Assembly: GCA_038087875.1 (NCBI GenBank)
Contig: JAXLNO010005869.1
Coordinates: 310,001 to 374,000 of the forward strand
From: Malacoraja senta
Lineage: Eukaryota
DNA length: 64,000 nt
Direction of reading: 5' to 3'
Shown: in pieces, positions 35,211 through 49,494 of the stretch
Numbering within the stretch: the first letter of the stretch is position 1
How the letters are laid out: the number at the start of each line of letters is the position of its first letter
Notes under the pieces: model-generated
Databases searched by the model: none
Seen by the model: only the letters and a program-made list of their open reading frames with translations
Told to the model about the DNA's origin: nothing
Made by a program: the position numbers and the translations under genes

Positions 35211-36524
35211 ACTGGTGTTTCTATTATTTTTAGGCAGAATAGCCTCATCGGTGGTAATGGGAATAGTAACAAACCTTTGTAACTGATTTATAAGTTTGGG
35301 TTTTTGGGTGAGTTTAGTACATTATGTATTATGAGTTTAGTATTATGGGTTTTGTTAATAGTTATTGTAAATGTTTGACTGTCTAAGACAAACTGCTATT
35401 GAGCTGGGAACAGTTCTTCTACCACATCAAATCGACACTGTAACAGCCTACGAGGGCCAAGCATAGGTACGCTGGGGTTAATGGAAGATCAACCCAATTG
35501 ATCAGACCATTCTGCTGCATTTTAACCACTTCTATCTCCAAAGTTCCCCTTTACTTGAATAACATTTCCGCTCCACTCACTGGGAAAATAATCAAATTAT
35601 ACTCCCTGCGGGAATCTATTTCAGTGCTAATATAATTTATGTGCAATAAAGTAATATGGATTTTAAATGAAAATTAACGTGTTTGTTGCTAAAGGCAGTG
35701 ATTTTTAATGTTTTCTGATGGTCATGGACATACATTATATCTGAACTTGAGGTTAATCAAACAAAAAAAAAGGGCAAATTTATCATTTGTGTTCAGTGAA
35801 GTGAGGTTTGTTTGTCTTAAAAGTGGACCCTTTCCCTCCTGGGGAATCTGTTGATACAGAGAAAGGGAAGCATTTGCCCAATGCCACAAGTGCACCTTTG
35901 GGACATGGAATGGAATCTGCCTGTTCCAACCACTCTGTTCCCACGAAGAAAAATCACAGCCAGCAAAGGGGCAGGAAAGCAGGTTTGGTGGGTCAGGGAC
36001 CCAAGTTAGCTGGAGATGGATCAGATGGTAGGTTGTACAAAAGGAAACATAAATGAATGTAAGCAGGGCTGAGTCTATGTTGGATGGAGTCTCTAATTCA
36101 TAAAGTGTGAAAAAAACCATGAACTATATTCTGTCAGCTTTGAGTGAATTTGTTTGTTTCAAAAAGAAGATCAGATATCATCAGTTTCACTCCCTTTTGC
36201 AGATCATCCTCTGTGGCTTGCAAAATAGTCCAAATATGCAAGGTGAGAGCAGAAAATCTTGGAAATATTGAGCAGATGAGAGAGCATCTGTGAGAGAAAA
36301 ATATTTAAAAATCCAGGTCAATTAACTATTAGAAGAGGAAAGTTTTGAAAACAGATTGAAATTTGAGAAGGGGAGGGTTGGAAAGAATGCTAGAACTGTG
36401 CTGTACAAAACACATCTCTCTTCCTCTCGCAGCAGCTGTTGTCTGGTCTGCAGAAGGTTTCCATGATTTTCTACTTTTGTTTCAGATGATTGGTATTTGC
36501 ATTTTTAGGCATATAGTTCTGTTA

Positions 36525-37203
36525 TAGAAACAAAGTAGGCGAAGGAGTAGGCCATTCGGCTCTTTTAGCCAGCACCGCCACTCAATATGATCATGGCTAA
36601 TCATCCAGAATTGATACCCTGTTTATGCTTTTTCCCCGTTCCCTTGATCCTGTTCGCCCTAAGAGCTATATCTAACTCTCTCTTGAATGCATCTTGTGAA
36701 TTGGCCTCCACTGCCTTCTGTGGCTGAGAATTCCACAGATTCACAACTATTTGGCTGAAAAAGCTTTTACTCATCTCAGCCCTAAATAGCCTACCCCTTA
36801 TTCTTAAACTGTGACCCCTGGTTCTGGACTCCTTCAACATCAGGAACATTTTCCTTGTCCAATTTTCCAAGAATTATATATGTTTCGAAAAGATGCCCTC
36901 TCATCCTTCTAAAGCCCAGTCGATCCATTTTTCATCATATGTCAGTCCAGCCATCCTGGGAATTAACCTGGTGAACCTACGCTGCACTCCCTCAATAACA
37001 AGAATGTCCTTCCTCAAATTAGGAGACCAAAACTGCACGCAATACTCCAGGTATGGTCTCACCAGGGCCCTGTACAAATGCAATAGGACCTCCTTGCACC
37101 TATACTCAAATCCTCTCGCTATGAAGGCCTACATGCCATTTGCTTTCTTCACTGCCTGCTGCACCTGCATGCTTACTTTCAGAGACTGGTGTACAAGGAC
37201 ACC
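36525..37203 (-). mobile_element. CR1/HER1 3' fragment
   Basis: LYRALVRPYLEYCVQFWSP; ESRTRGHSLRIRG. Confidence 0.9.
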
Positions 37204-37556
37204 AAATTGTCCTTGAGTTAAATCAAAATGGATTGTTTTTTTAATTTCAGGCTAAATCAGTTCCTTAGTTCATTTGCAGAGGGTCACTTTCTGAATATTT
37301 TTTATTACAAAATAATACCAATAATTATTAGTTATTAATTAATTACCAATAATTAATATTGAAAAACTATTGTTTAAAAGGTTACATTAAAAAAAATTGT
37401 TTACCCAATGTGTTACGTTTTAAGGAGAGAGGTTTAAATTTTCAAATCTGGTCCCTCCTGTTAGTTTGCAGTAGGTTACTTTCTGATTATTTCATTGTAA
37501 AATCATACCATTGTGCAATAATTATCAATAATCATTAATAATGAACTATTGTTTAA

Positions 37557-37800
37557 GGGTGGCACACTGGCTAGTAGAGCTGCAGCCTCATAGTGCCAGA
37601 GACCCGGATTCTATCTCGACCTCTGGTGCTGTCTGTGTGGACTTTGCACTTTCTCCCTGTGACCATATGGGTGTCCCCAGGTGCTTGTTTTCTCCCACAT
37701 CCAAATGACATGTGGGTTAATTAGCCTCTGTAAAATTGCCCTTAGTATGTAGGGAGTCGATGAGAAAATGGGATATTATAGAACCAATATGAATGGCTGA
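37557..37800 (+). mobile_element. HE1-like SINE
   Basis: gggtggcacactggc…gtagagctgcagcctcatagtgccagagacccggattctatc. Confidence 0.75.
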
Positions 37801-38289
37801 TATGAAAGTCATTAACATGATTTGTAAATAGTTAAAGTTCCAGTGTTGATCTGTGCACACCCTTCTGGTTACAGCTTGTTATCTTAAATGATTCATTTAC
37901 CTTGATTCTCTGTTTTTTGTTAGCCAATTTTCTATCCATGCTAAAATATAATAACTGCTACTGTCATGAGCAGTTTGCTTTTATCCGACTGCATTGAATG
38001 GCTTTTACAAATACACAGCAACTGATTTCACTATAATCGATCCTGCTCATTTGCATCCTTTTAATTGAGTGAAACTTGAACACAATTTTTCTTTCATTAA
38101 ACGATTTTAACTCTGTATTTTGATTTTCTAAATGTCCTGCCACTAACTTCTTGGAAATGGATACAAACATTTCCCAGTGAAAGATGTTTGGCTAACTGAC
38201 CTATATTTTTCCATTTTCTCTCTCCTTTCTTGAAAGTGGGTGTTAAATAGATATCTTACTGGAAACTAGAAACATTTTGGAAGATAAGA

Positions 38290-40170
38290 ATGAACCGAAG
38301 TGCCATCTTGCAGACCCCTTGTGAATGATGAAACTGATGAGTTTGTGGCCAGGTTTGCAGATGATATGAAGAGAGGTAGAGGGGCATGTGGTGTAGGGTC
38401 TCTGCAGAAGGACTTGGACAGGTTGGAAGAGTGGGCAAAGAAGTGGCAGGTGGAATACAACATATCAAAGTGTGTGGTCATGCACATTAGTCATAGGAAT
38501 AAATGGGAAGATAATTCAGAAATCGGAGGTGCAAAGGGACTTGGGAGTGTCAGTGCAGGATTCCTAAAAGGTTAATTTGCAGGTTAAATCAGTGGTAAAG
38601 AAGGCAAATGCAATGTTAGCAATCATTTTGCAAGGACTAGAATATAAAAGCAGGGATGTAATACAGGCAGCTTTATAAGGCACAGGTCAGACTACATTTG
38701 GAGTATTGTGAACCGTTTTGGAAGGATCTGAGGAACGATGTGTTGTCATTGGAGAGGGTCCAGTGGAGGTGTAGGAGAATGATCCTGGTGATGATTGGGT
38801 TAGCGTATGATTCTTTTTGGCTCTGGGCTGACTGGAGTTTAGAAGGATGAGGATGAACCTTATTAAAACTTACTGAACAGTGAAAGACCTGGATAGAGTG
38901 AAACTAGAGATTATGTTTACATACTAGTAGAGAGTAGAGGACCAGAGGGCACAGCCTCATAATAAAATGTACTTTTAGAAAGGAGATTAGGAGGAATTTC
39001 TTTAGTGAGAAGATAGTGAATCAATGAAATTCATTGCCACAGATGACTGTGGAGGCCGTTTTTTTGGGTAATTTAAAAATGGGGATTGACAGGTTCTTGA
39101 TTAGTAAGGATGTCAAAGATGGGAGAAGGCAGGAGAATGCAGTTGAGGGAAAGATACATCAGCCATAATTGAATGGTAGAGCAGGCTCGATGGGCTGATT
39201 CTGCTCCTATGACTTATGAACATAAAAGTACAGCACAGTAACAGTATCGGCCCACAATGTCTGTGCTGAATATGATGCCGTTAAACTAATCTCTGCCTGC
39301 ATGAGATTTATATCCCTCCATTTACCTATCTAAACGCCTCTTAAATGCCCCTATCTTTCCTGTCCCCCACCACCACATACCACACTGCAAAAAAGAAAAC
39401 ATGGCCTGCTCATTTCCTTTAAACTTTTCTCTTTTAACCTAAAAAATATGCCCTTTAGTCCTTGGCATTTCCACCGTGGAAAGAAAGGTTCTGACTGTCT
39501 ACCTTATCTACGTCTCTCATAATTTAATATACTTCTGTTAGATCTCTCCTCAACAGGCGTTCCAGAGAAAACTATCCAAGTTTGACCAACTTCGTATTAT
39601 AAATTTTACACTTTAATCCAAATAGCATTATGATAAAGAGGGGGAGCAAGCAGGAGAGCAACAGGAATCACAGAAGGGTCCCGACCCGAAACCTATCCAT
39701 GTTCTCCACAGATGCTGCCTGACCCGCCGAGTTACTTCAGCATTTTGTGTGTTTTTTAACATTTAGATAAACCTTCTGTAGCTTCTCCAAAGCCTCCACC
39801 TCCTGCCTGTAATTGGCCAATCAGAATTCCACACAATTCTCCAAATGCAACCTAATAAATAAAAGTCCTATACAGCTGCAACATGATTTCTTGACTTTTA
39901 TATTCAATGGCCTGACTGATGAAGGCAAGTGTACCCAACATCCTCTTTACCACTGTATGTACTTGGACCCCAAGATCCCTTTGTACATCAATGCTATTAA
40001 AGGTTTTGCCATTAACTGTACATTTTCCCCCTTGCATTTGATCTTCCAAAGTACAATACCATACACTCGAATTAGACTGCATCTGCCATTTCCACATTCA
40101 TTTCTATATCCCGCTATGTATTTTGACAGTTTTCCTCACTGTCCACAACTTTGGTGGCGTCTATAAACAT
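38290..40170. mobile_element. Tail-to-tail old CR1 fragments (38290-39220 +, 39220-40170 -)
   Basis: RFADD…LQKDLDRLEEWAKKWQ on plus; DVQRDLGVQVH…LQLYRT on minus. Confidence 0.8.
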
Positions 40171-40929
40171 ACTGATCAAAGTTAGTAGTAATTCATTATG
40201 AATTTAATAATTCTTCAATAATCCAAATTAGTTGTAATTTTTTTGCCATGGATTGGATCATTTATTTATAATGACAGCTGATAGGATCCGACTTTGCATG
40301 TACTGCAGGGCACTACATTAGTTTTCAATGCAATCATGTCATTGACTGGTTTTACTATAAAGAAAATCAAAATCACAAAGACACTTTGCTTATAGACAAC
40401 AATCATTGTACCTAATCAAAATCCAACATGTTCAAATTATTCAGTAAAACACAGAGCACTGGATTAACTCAGCGGGTCATGCAACAACTGTGGAGGGGAT
40501 GGATAAGCAACGTTGGGTTGGGACTGAAGAAGGGTCTTGACCCAAAATGTTGCCTATCCATTCCCTCTACAGATGCTGTCAGACCTGTTGAGTTACCCCA
40601 GCATTTTGCATAAGCTTCCAGCAACTGCAGTCCATGTGTCCCCATGTTCAATTATTTGGTAGCCAAAGAATATGGCAATGCTATTAAAACATATTTTACA
40701 CTCAAATATTTCACTATACACATATTCAACAATAAATATTTAGAAATTCACTTCCAACTAGTTACAATGCAAGTTAAAATAATTCTTCCTAAATTACTAT
40801 ATATTATTGCAGATGAAGCACAGAATTGAAATTTAATTTATCATCTTGACGTTAATGTGTGGCACATTGTCATGCTTAATAACCGTTTCATCAGACATCT
40901 GGCAAACATCTTTATTTGAATGGATTTAC

Positions 40930-41106
40930 CTCTTCAGTTTTCACTGTGGCCTGCATCTCCCTGTCAGCTTGAGGCAGCTTTATGCTCTCCCCCTCTGCTC
41001 GGTTATTGGAACAGTAATGGTTATCTGCTATTGTAATCTCTTCGTTTTCCTCTGCCTCCAGCTGGCTCTGGTTAAAACGCAGGGAGCCTTTCAGAATGTC
41101 TTTAAT
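40930..41106 (-). CDS. TBC1D5: TBC1D5 penultimate coding exon
   Basis: aaacag|ATT AAA GAC...GAA GAG|gtaaat; 177 bp; IKDILKGSLRFNQSQLEAEENEEITIADNHYCSNNRAEGESIKLPQADREMQATVKTEE. The donor position is less certain than the acceptor. Confidence 0.9.
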
Positions 41107-41984
41107 CTGTTTGTGTAGAAGAAATTGAAGACAATGAATGGTTACTTCAACTTTTTGAGGTTGTTGACTTTTTAATTAAAGGAGGATCTGGTGTCAAAAG
41201 ACACATGATTTAATTGTAGCAGTGGTGATCCTGGAGTTCCTTTTGTAAAACGAAGGGAAGACAAAAACCTGTCATTGGGGATGAAGCACTTTCTGGACAG
41301 GAAAATGGTCATTCCTCCACTGTTAAATGCTTCATGTTAATCCACAATTCCATGGTGTGTGGAACAGGCCACAGGTAACCTCCAGAGATGCTATTTGACC
41401 CATTGAATTACTCCACACTTTGTGTCCTACGCAAGATTACAACATCTACAGTTCTTTGTGTCTACACAAATAATCTTCCATGGCTCAGTATCAGTGTAAG
41501 AATGTAGGGATAATTAATGCTGTAAATCTTAGTTACACAGCCAATTAATGCCGTAGGATTGAATAATTTTGTGGCCATTATAGGTCACATTATTATGGAA
41601 TGCTTAAAACCTAATTAAAATTACACTTAAACATAGTTATCGTAGTTAATTTAATGAATATTTCAGGTCAAAATATAGAGATCATTTATAATATCCAACT
41701 TAAACCTCTCTGGACAATATAAATGAGCGAGAAAATAGAAGGCTGTCCCTAAACACTACAATGGTTTAAAAAATGTAAATAGTTATGAAAGGTTTAGTTT
41801 TTGTATACTATTTCCCTGAAAAGTTTCTAGTTTAGAAGGCCTTTTGATATAGTTTCTAACTTTCTTCTCATTCCTTAGTTTGTATCTCGACAACATCATA
41901 GACAAAAGAGTAATGATCAAGTACAAGTCACATCAAGCAGTTGACCTGCAGCATAGATACTTAGAAAATATATGACATGAGATC

Positions 41985-42236
41985 ACAGAGATGAGGAAAA
42001 ACCTTTTCACCTAGAGAGTTGTGTATCTGTGGAATTCTCTGCCACAGAAGGCAGTGGAAGCCAATTCAATGGATGTTTTTAAGAGAGAGTTAGATTTAGC
42101 TCTTAGGGCTAATGGAATCAAGGGATTTGGGGGGAAAAGCAGTAACGGGGTATTGATTTCGGATGATCAAGGGGTGGTTTTGGCTGGTTCAAAGGGCCGA
42201 ATGGCGTACTTCTGCACCTATTTTCTATGTTTCTAT
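41985..42236 (+). mobile_element. CR1/HER1 3' end
   Basis: LWNSLPQKAVEANSMDVFKRELD; (tttctatg) tail. Confidence 0.85.
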
Positions 42237-43184
42237 AAACTAGGTTAAATTAATTGTGACCACAAATAAAGGATTTATGCCAAAGACCCATGGTGGATGG
42301 GGGTTAAAACAAATAATATTTTGAAATACTTGAAGTGATTGAGAAACTGGATACATATCCAGAAATAAAACCTCTCACAAGGATCAAGTTAGAGTAGCAT
42401 CAAGTATGCATTGATAATTCACACAATAGATTGATCATCCCCGTGCTGTGAATATTATAGGTATTATGTGTTTTTGATATAATAGCCTGTCAGACAAACC
42501 ATTTTACCAGCCATAGTCCTAAGTTTCAGAGTTATGTTGGCACCTACAGGACTCACAAGGACAACATATGACACAATATATTCTAGATATTGAAAGTCAT
42601 TGTCATCTATTAGGCGTGCTCGCCCTGAAATTAATATGCTTAAGTGGATGAATTTGGCACAGTGGTATGCCGCTGTTGTTCAGTAGGAGATCAGTGTTAC
42701 ATTCTGGGATTTCAAACTGTGCTGCCATACAGGAACTTTGGTGTAACAAATGTACACCAAAAATGCATCAACTGAGGAAACCTAACTTCACTATCCATTA
42801 AAAGGCTCAAATTAACATCTCAGGTCAATGATTCTTCATCTGAATTTCAAACATAAGAAAACAATCATATGTTAAGTTGCAGCGAAGAGCAGAGAACAAA
42901 GATAATGTTTATAGGTTGTCTACACTCATTCACAGCCATGTTCTCCACACAATAACTTACCAGCGGATCATCAGATATAATCGTTGAAATGATAGCATTC
43001 TCCTTGATCTGCCATTTCTATCGTGCACATTTTGTATTGAGGGCATCTGTTTAATCAGTTGCCTCTATCAGATTATTATTCACTCATCAGTTAATGCCTT
43101 TCATCTAAAATCAATGCACAAGTGCGTAACTTGGACAGTAAATGCCTTATGACTTTACATCAGCTCATTGCCTGAAGATTCATA

Positions 43185-44740
43185 GAACATAGCACAGGAA
43201 CAGGCCCTCCAGCCCTCAATATGCATGCAGAACATGTCAGATTAAACTAATCTCCTTTGCCTGCATGTGATCCATATCCCTCAACTTTCTGCATATTTGT
43301 GTCTAAAAGCCTCTAAATTGCCACTATTATATCTGTCTCCACCAACAACCCTGATAGCTGGTGCCAGCCACTCCTCATTCTCTATGGGGGAAAAAAACTT
43401 GGCCTGAATATCTTCTATCTATCTATCTATCTATATTTAAAACTCTGTGTGTGTGTGTGTTTCTGTGTGTGTGTTTCTGCCTGTCTTGTGGGTGCCAGCC
43501 TTCCTTTGATTCGTTGCTACGCCAACACCACACGCAGAAACGCCGAGATTTTTTCCATTTCGGTAGAGATTTCACTTTTCATTCCAAGTATCCACTCCTG
43601 ATTAAATTTCGTCGTGTTTATGTACATTTTTAATAAAATCCTTCTCCCCCCTCCCCCACTCACTCATTTTGTGTCCTCCTGCTGGCCAGCCACCATAACG
43701 GCTGCTCCAAAAACGACACCATTTTTTTTTTCGCTAGCGATTTTCGCCCCGGGGTCTGAAGCACGTTCGGGGGCCAGACCCAACGGGTCTGCACTTGGTC
43801 TAGTCTCCTTTAAACTTATCCCCTCTCATCTTGAAGCTGGGGTCTCTAGTATTTGACATTTCTAACCTGAGAAAAAGATTCTAACTGTCTGCCTTATCTA
43901 TGCCTCTCATGATTTTACATGCTTTCATCTCTCCAGTCATCCTTTGATGATCCACAGAAAACAATTCAAGTTTGTCTAACCTCCTCTTATAGATAATCCC
44001 TTCTAACAGGCAGCATCCTGGTAAACCTCTTCTGCACACTCTCTAAAGCATCATTCCTATTACCGGGTCTCGTTGAGCAGAACTGCAGTCCAACCAAACT
44101 CCAATAAAGCTGCAAAGTGACTTTGTTACTCTTATACTCAATGCCTCAACTGATGAAGGCATACCATATGGCTTTGGTAAACCAGCATCCGTTCCTTGTG
44201 ACTATATCATATATCTTCTTTACTTCTCCATCCGCTCGTGGTGCTACTTACGGAGAGCTGTGGAGTGGACTCTAAGATCCCTCTCTATATCAATGCTGTT
44301 AAGGGTTCTGCCGTTAACTGTATACTTTCAATTTACATTCGATCTCTCAAAGTGCAACACCTCACACTTGTACAGATTGAACTCCATTTGCCATTTATCT
44401 GCCTATATCTGTAACTTATCTATGGCTTGCTGTATCATTTGACAGTCTTCCTCAATGTTGCTAACTCTACCATTTCTTGTGTTTTCTGCACACTTCCTAA
44501 CCAACCCAGTACATTTACATCCAATTGGTTTGTGTAGATCTAGAGATCACGTATTCTAGGTCACAGCAGAGATTCCTGCAGAACATCACTGATCACAGAC
44601 TTCCCGTTAGAATAACACTATGTTAGCACCATCTTCTATGGGTAAGGTAGTTCTAAATCTAAATCACCAAGACGATGGATCCCATGTATCTTAATCTTTT
44701 GGATTAACCTACCATGATGGATTTTTATCAAGTGCCTTAC
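43185..44740 (-). mobile_element. Old CR1 LINE interrupted by a Helitron
   Basis: Degenerate CR1 RT/3' sequence; host reads gcctgaata|…|tctcctttaaac across the insertion. Confidence 0.7.
43411..43803 (+). mobile_element. Non-autonomous Helitron
   Basis: A|TC(TA)n start; 3' hairpin CAGACCC-AAC-GGGTCTG then CACTTGGT CTAG|T; no TSD. Confidence 0.85.
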
Positions 44741-44934
44741 CAAAGTTATTTGAGTAAATGACTTAACTCAAAGTGATTTAATTTGAGACAACATCCACCC
44801 AATAGATGTGGAAGCTATTGGCATTTCTGATTGTCTACTCTGCTACAGGATTCCCCACTAAGTGTAGTTATACATAAACATGAATACTTACAATCTCACT
44901 TATTTTGATTGTAAAAACATATCGATCAGTGGCT

Positions 44935-45417
44935 CTATAAGGAACTGAGCCTCTCAGGCTTAAACTTTGAGTTGTAGAAGTGCACTGGCTTGTCCCCTGA
45001 AGACCAGAGACCGAGAGAATGGAGCCAGTGGCGAGGGGCAAGGCCGGGAGGAGGGGAGAGGGCACCAGGGATTGGCCGACCGTGCCCACGTTACTGGCTG
45101 CGGTATGCACCTGTGGGGAACAGGGGTGGAAGGGCGAGCAGAGGGATGTGGCATCCAAGAAAGGAGATGGCCGGAGGCCCGCAACAGCCTGGGACTAGCC
45201 TGAAACAGGCACTGCTCACAAGAACCAAAGCGTGGATTTTGAAAATGACACCAAAACATTGTGCCTCTTGCATGCAGGCTCAGTGGATTATTTCTGTACA
45301 CTTGTTAATCGGGGATGGGGGGGGGTTGCAATACTCCACTAGACTGTTTGTAAGATAAAGAATTTCACTGTGTTTACATTTTGCAAATGTGACAATGAAC
45401 GCACCATTCACCATTCT
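44935..45417 (+). mobile_element. Probable non-autonomous retroposon with Rex1-like tail
   Basis: GC-rich body ending gaatttcactgtg…tgtgacaat…(ccattca)n; the 5' boundary is uncertain. Confidence 0.45.
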
Positions 45418-46639
45418 TAGGTTGGTGTGTCTGGCTATGTGTTGTCGTTCTTTTATGCAATGGAGCTTTCTTAGGTAAATGAATAGTAACCTGATGGAAG
45501 CAACTAACTTAAAAGTCAAGATTAAAAAGCAAAACCCACAAATGCTGGAAATACTCAACAAATCAGACAGCATCTACGAAGAGTCAATATTTCAGGCTGG
45601 TGATCGCTCATCAGATAAAACGATGTCTGTCTATCCCTGTCTTATTGTATATTTATTAAATGTATATTTCCAGTATTTATGTTTAAAAATAGACTTGATC
45701 ATGTTTCAATTGCATTCTAATAGTAGTGGAATTGCTGTTGGCAAAACAACCTCATCCATGGTGCCAAACAGGAATGAACTTGCTGGAGACTGCAGTGCAC
45801 TATTTTTAAAGCTGATTATCAATTATTTTGTCTGCTGTGGTTAACTCTATCTATCTGAACCTATTAGAGCTATGATTATGAAACCTGTACAATTATAAAC
45901 ACAAATTTATCCACAAGTTGTTGGATTATTTGAATTGAGTATACAGAGGTATCAAATTCAAAGAAGCACTGCAGTTGACTTTGCACTCCACTAACTAGTC
46001 ACCCAACTGTATTAAAAGTGGTTCTGCTAAAAAAAATAGACTACAGTGGTTCAAGAAGCAGCTCATCAAAACCTTTTCAAGAGCAATTAATTCTGGCCTT
46101 AATGGTACTGCTCATGTGTTAAAAAAAATCAATTGAAATACAAAAAAAATATTATGAGCAACACTATGGAGACATTGAACCAAAGAAAAGTCCACATTTG
46201 CCTCAGTTGGACAGGGTGTTAGTGAGACGGCACCTGGAATATTGTCTGGCCTCTCTTGATCAGACAACTCCCTCTCTTATCCCAGGAATAAACCCGGTGA
46301 ATCTCATTTGGGCAGCATCTAATGCTACTGTACCCTTGTTACAGCTGATTAATTCCTGGAAATGAGAGGGTTGTCTTATCAAGAGAGGCTGGACAGAATG
46401 AGGGGTAACTTTATTCCATCATATAAGATCCTAAGGGTGGAAAGACAAAGTGCTGGAGTAACTCAGCGGATCAGGCAACATCTCCGAAGAACATGGAAAG
46501 ATGGCGTTTCGGGTTGGGACCCTTCTCTAGACTGATTGCAAGGTGGGGGTCGGGGGGGGGGGGGGTTAGAAAGCTGGAAGAGAGAAGGGGCAGGACAAAG
46601 CATGGCCAGTAATAGGTGAACACAGGCCATGAGGTTTTT

Positions 46640-47110
46640 TGAAAGGTGTCTTAGAAAGTGGTGGAAACTGCCCAGACCATTCATGGGAATTGAGCTCCCC
46701 ACCAACGGAGGGATAACGAGGCGGTGCTGCCTCATAAAGGCAGCGAATATCATCAAAGACTCACACCATTGGCTATGCTTTCATCTTGCTGCTACCATCG
46801 AGAAATAACAGTTACCTCCAGATTCAAGAACAGCTTCTTCCTTACAATCATCAGACTCTTGAACCACAGCCACAACCCTCACCACAACGCAATCTTCACA
46901 ATGAACAACTATGGACTTTGTATGGGTTGCACTACATACGATAACGTTGGATTGCAGTAATATGGTCTGGTTACCTAGTATTATTGATCATTTATACTAT
47001 TATTGATTATTATATATTTAATTTTTTTCAGTGTGTATGTAAAGTTGTAGCAATTAAGAATTTCATTGTTCTGTACCTGGTACATATGACAATTAAACAC
47101 TTTTGAATCT
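46640..47110 (+). mobile_element. Rex1-type LINE 3' fragment
   Basis: TSRFKNSFFLTIIRLLN; tail aatttcattgttc…tgacaattaaacac. Confidence 0.7.
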
Positions 47111-47225
47111 TTTAGTGCTCATATTTTTTAAGGCGGCAAGAATCATTGAGAAAGTAGTTTAGCAAAGCCTATGCTTCATAAATTTTGAGTAGAAAAGCAG
47201 AGATTGTGAACTTTATAAAACTCTA

Positions 47226-47321
47226 AGGTACACAAAAATGCTGGAGAAACTCAGCGGGTGCAGCAGCATCTATGGAGCGAAGGAAATAGGCAACGTTTCG
47301 GGCCGAAACCCTTCTTCAGAC
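47226..47321 (-). mobile_element. 96-bp Penelope-derived insertion
   Basis: 12-bp TSD TATAAAACTCTA (47214-47225, 47322-47333); near-identical to the arm at ~34485-34580. Confidence 0.85.
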
Positions 47322-48283
47322 TATAAAACTCTAGTTAGGCGATACTAGAGTATTGCATCAATTTCTGGTCAGCACACTTTTAGATAAGTCAAGAAGGTTC
47401 ATGAGTATGGAGGGTCGATTCAACAGAATGGCTCAAGGAATGAGGGAGTTCAGCTAAGCTGAAGAAACTGGGGTTCCTTTCTCCCAAGTAAAGTAAGTCA
47501 TGGTAACATTTCAATAGAGGCAAACAAGATAATCGCTGGTTTAAATAAAAAAAACAGAAAGCCATTCCCATTAGTTGAAAGTGCAAGGACTGAGAAAACA
47601 GATTAAAAAGGTACGGAGGAATATGAGAAAAAAGTTTCTATGCAGCAAAATATAATAACCTCAAATTTGCTGCCAATTAGGGTGGTTTCTAAAGGAATTG
47701 TGATAGGCACTAGGATAGAGCAAGGGAATAACTGATTGGATCACTTTGCAAAGAGCCGGCTAACATTTTGTCATTTCAGTCTATTTTTCAAAAGCACAAG
47801 AATTAGAATCAAAATAATGACAGCAAAGTACCTTTAATTGGAATAAAACTTACTGAGAAATTGTGTACATAGTACCACAGAAGGTAAAATTAAAATATGT
47901 CGTCAAGAGTGTGTAATTGTCATATGTACCGAAACGAACAATGAAATTCATACTTGCAGTGCTGGAAATACAAAGCTTTTGGAAGATATTTATAGAATTG
48001 CAAACACAAAAACTATTTTGCTGTTATCTCATCAAATGGCAAGACAGCTATTGAAGAAATTAGAATAAAATAGAACTTTTATTCAGAATAAAAATGTATT
48101 CGAAAAGTGTGATCACGCAAGGGCAATAAATACTAAAAAGCTTATGTTATAGGTAATATTTCTGACTTCATTGATGGTGGTAGAATTAATGGTTAAGACT
48201 TCTCTGAGTCAAACCGTGCAAACAAAGTACAAAGGGAAGTATGTTTTACAACCAGATAGAGAAAAATGCTGCGTCATATCTAC

Positions 48284-48363
48284 CTGCTTGAGTCCAGCCA
48301 ATGATACCAAAACTTCATCCTCCTTTTGAAGATTTTCCTTTAGAATCACATCCTGTATTTTGC
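48284..48363 (-). CDS. TBC1D5: TBC1D5 internal coding exon
   Basis: tgacag|GC AAA...AAG CAG|gtagat; 80 bp; phase matches the previous exon (T+GC=Cys); encodes KIQDVILKENLQKEDEVLVSLAGLKQ. Confidence 0.95.
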
Positions 48364-49494
48364 CTGTCAAAAATTATAATGCATTACTTTAAAGCAGATT
48401 TGTCCTACCGAAATGACATGAATTGTTTTGTCAGAATTTGTAGCATATACTTAAATATATGGGGTATGATACATAATTACAAACCTTCTGGAAGATCATC
48501 AACCTGGAATTTTCTCTATTTCTCTCTCCATGGATCAAATTGAGCATTTTCAGTTTCCCGTGTGTTTTATTTCACATTTGCAGCAACTATAGTATTTTGC
48601 TGTTGTACAGTATAAAGAGGTCCCAGACCCACCACTGATCAACTTGAGTACATACCTATTTATGCCTACTCTCTGTCTCTCTTAACCAATCCCTGACCTC
48701 CACTCACTTATATTTTCAATGAAAGTCACATGTGTGATCTTTGTTAAATTCCTGTGTAGGTCCATATAAACAACAACTGTTAGCGTGATGATGAAAACTG
48801 TTAGCATGATACTAATCCCATAAAAAATTAAACTCTATTATTCAGTCAAGACATACCCATATACTTGGTCTTTGATAAGCACATATTTACCACAAAATGC
48901 ATATAATGTGAACTGGCTGATTATATTGAATGGAATTTATTTTGTAAGTTGGATGTTGCAAAGTTTAGCCAGATTTCAGACACAATGAGCTAAAATACTA
49001 ACTTCCATGACAGTTTAAAGCAGGTAACAGTGAATTGGCAGCCCACAGTTTCCATGTCATCTAAATTGTATTTCCAGTGACTTTAGATACCAAAGAAGCT
49101 GCTGGTATGCAATACACACTATTATTTGCAATCCACATTACCTTCAAGGACATGAGTAAGAAAAAACTTTTACATTCAAATATTATCTGATTTATATACC
49201 GTACTATAAACCAGTGGAGGTTTTCATTAAGCATCTACTTCAGCCAAAGGAAATGGGGAAATAAGAGCATTAGTGCAACAGTTCATTCTATTACCTTTTT
49301 AATCCATGTGCTCCTTTATTAGAAGGAAATAATGTTTACAAAATACTTTTTAATGTTTAGAGATACAGCATGGAAACAGGTCCTTTGGCCGACTCAGTCC
49401 ACACCGACCAACTAGTTCAATGTTATCCTACTTTCTCATCCACTCCCTACGCACTAGGGGCAATTTATTGAGGCCAATGAACATATACACCTGA

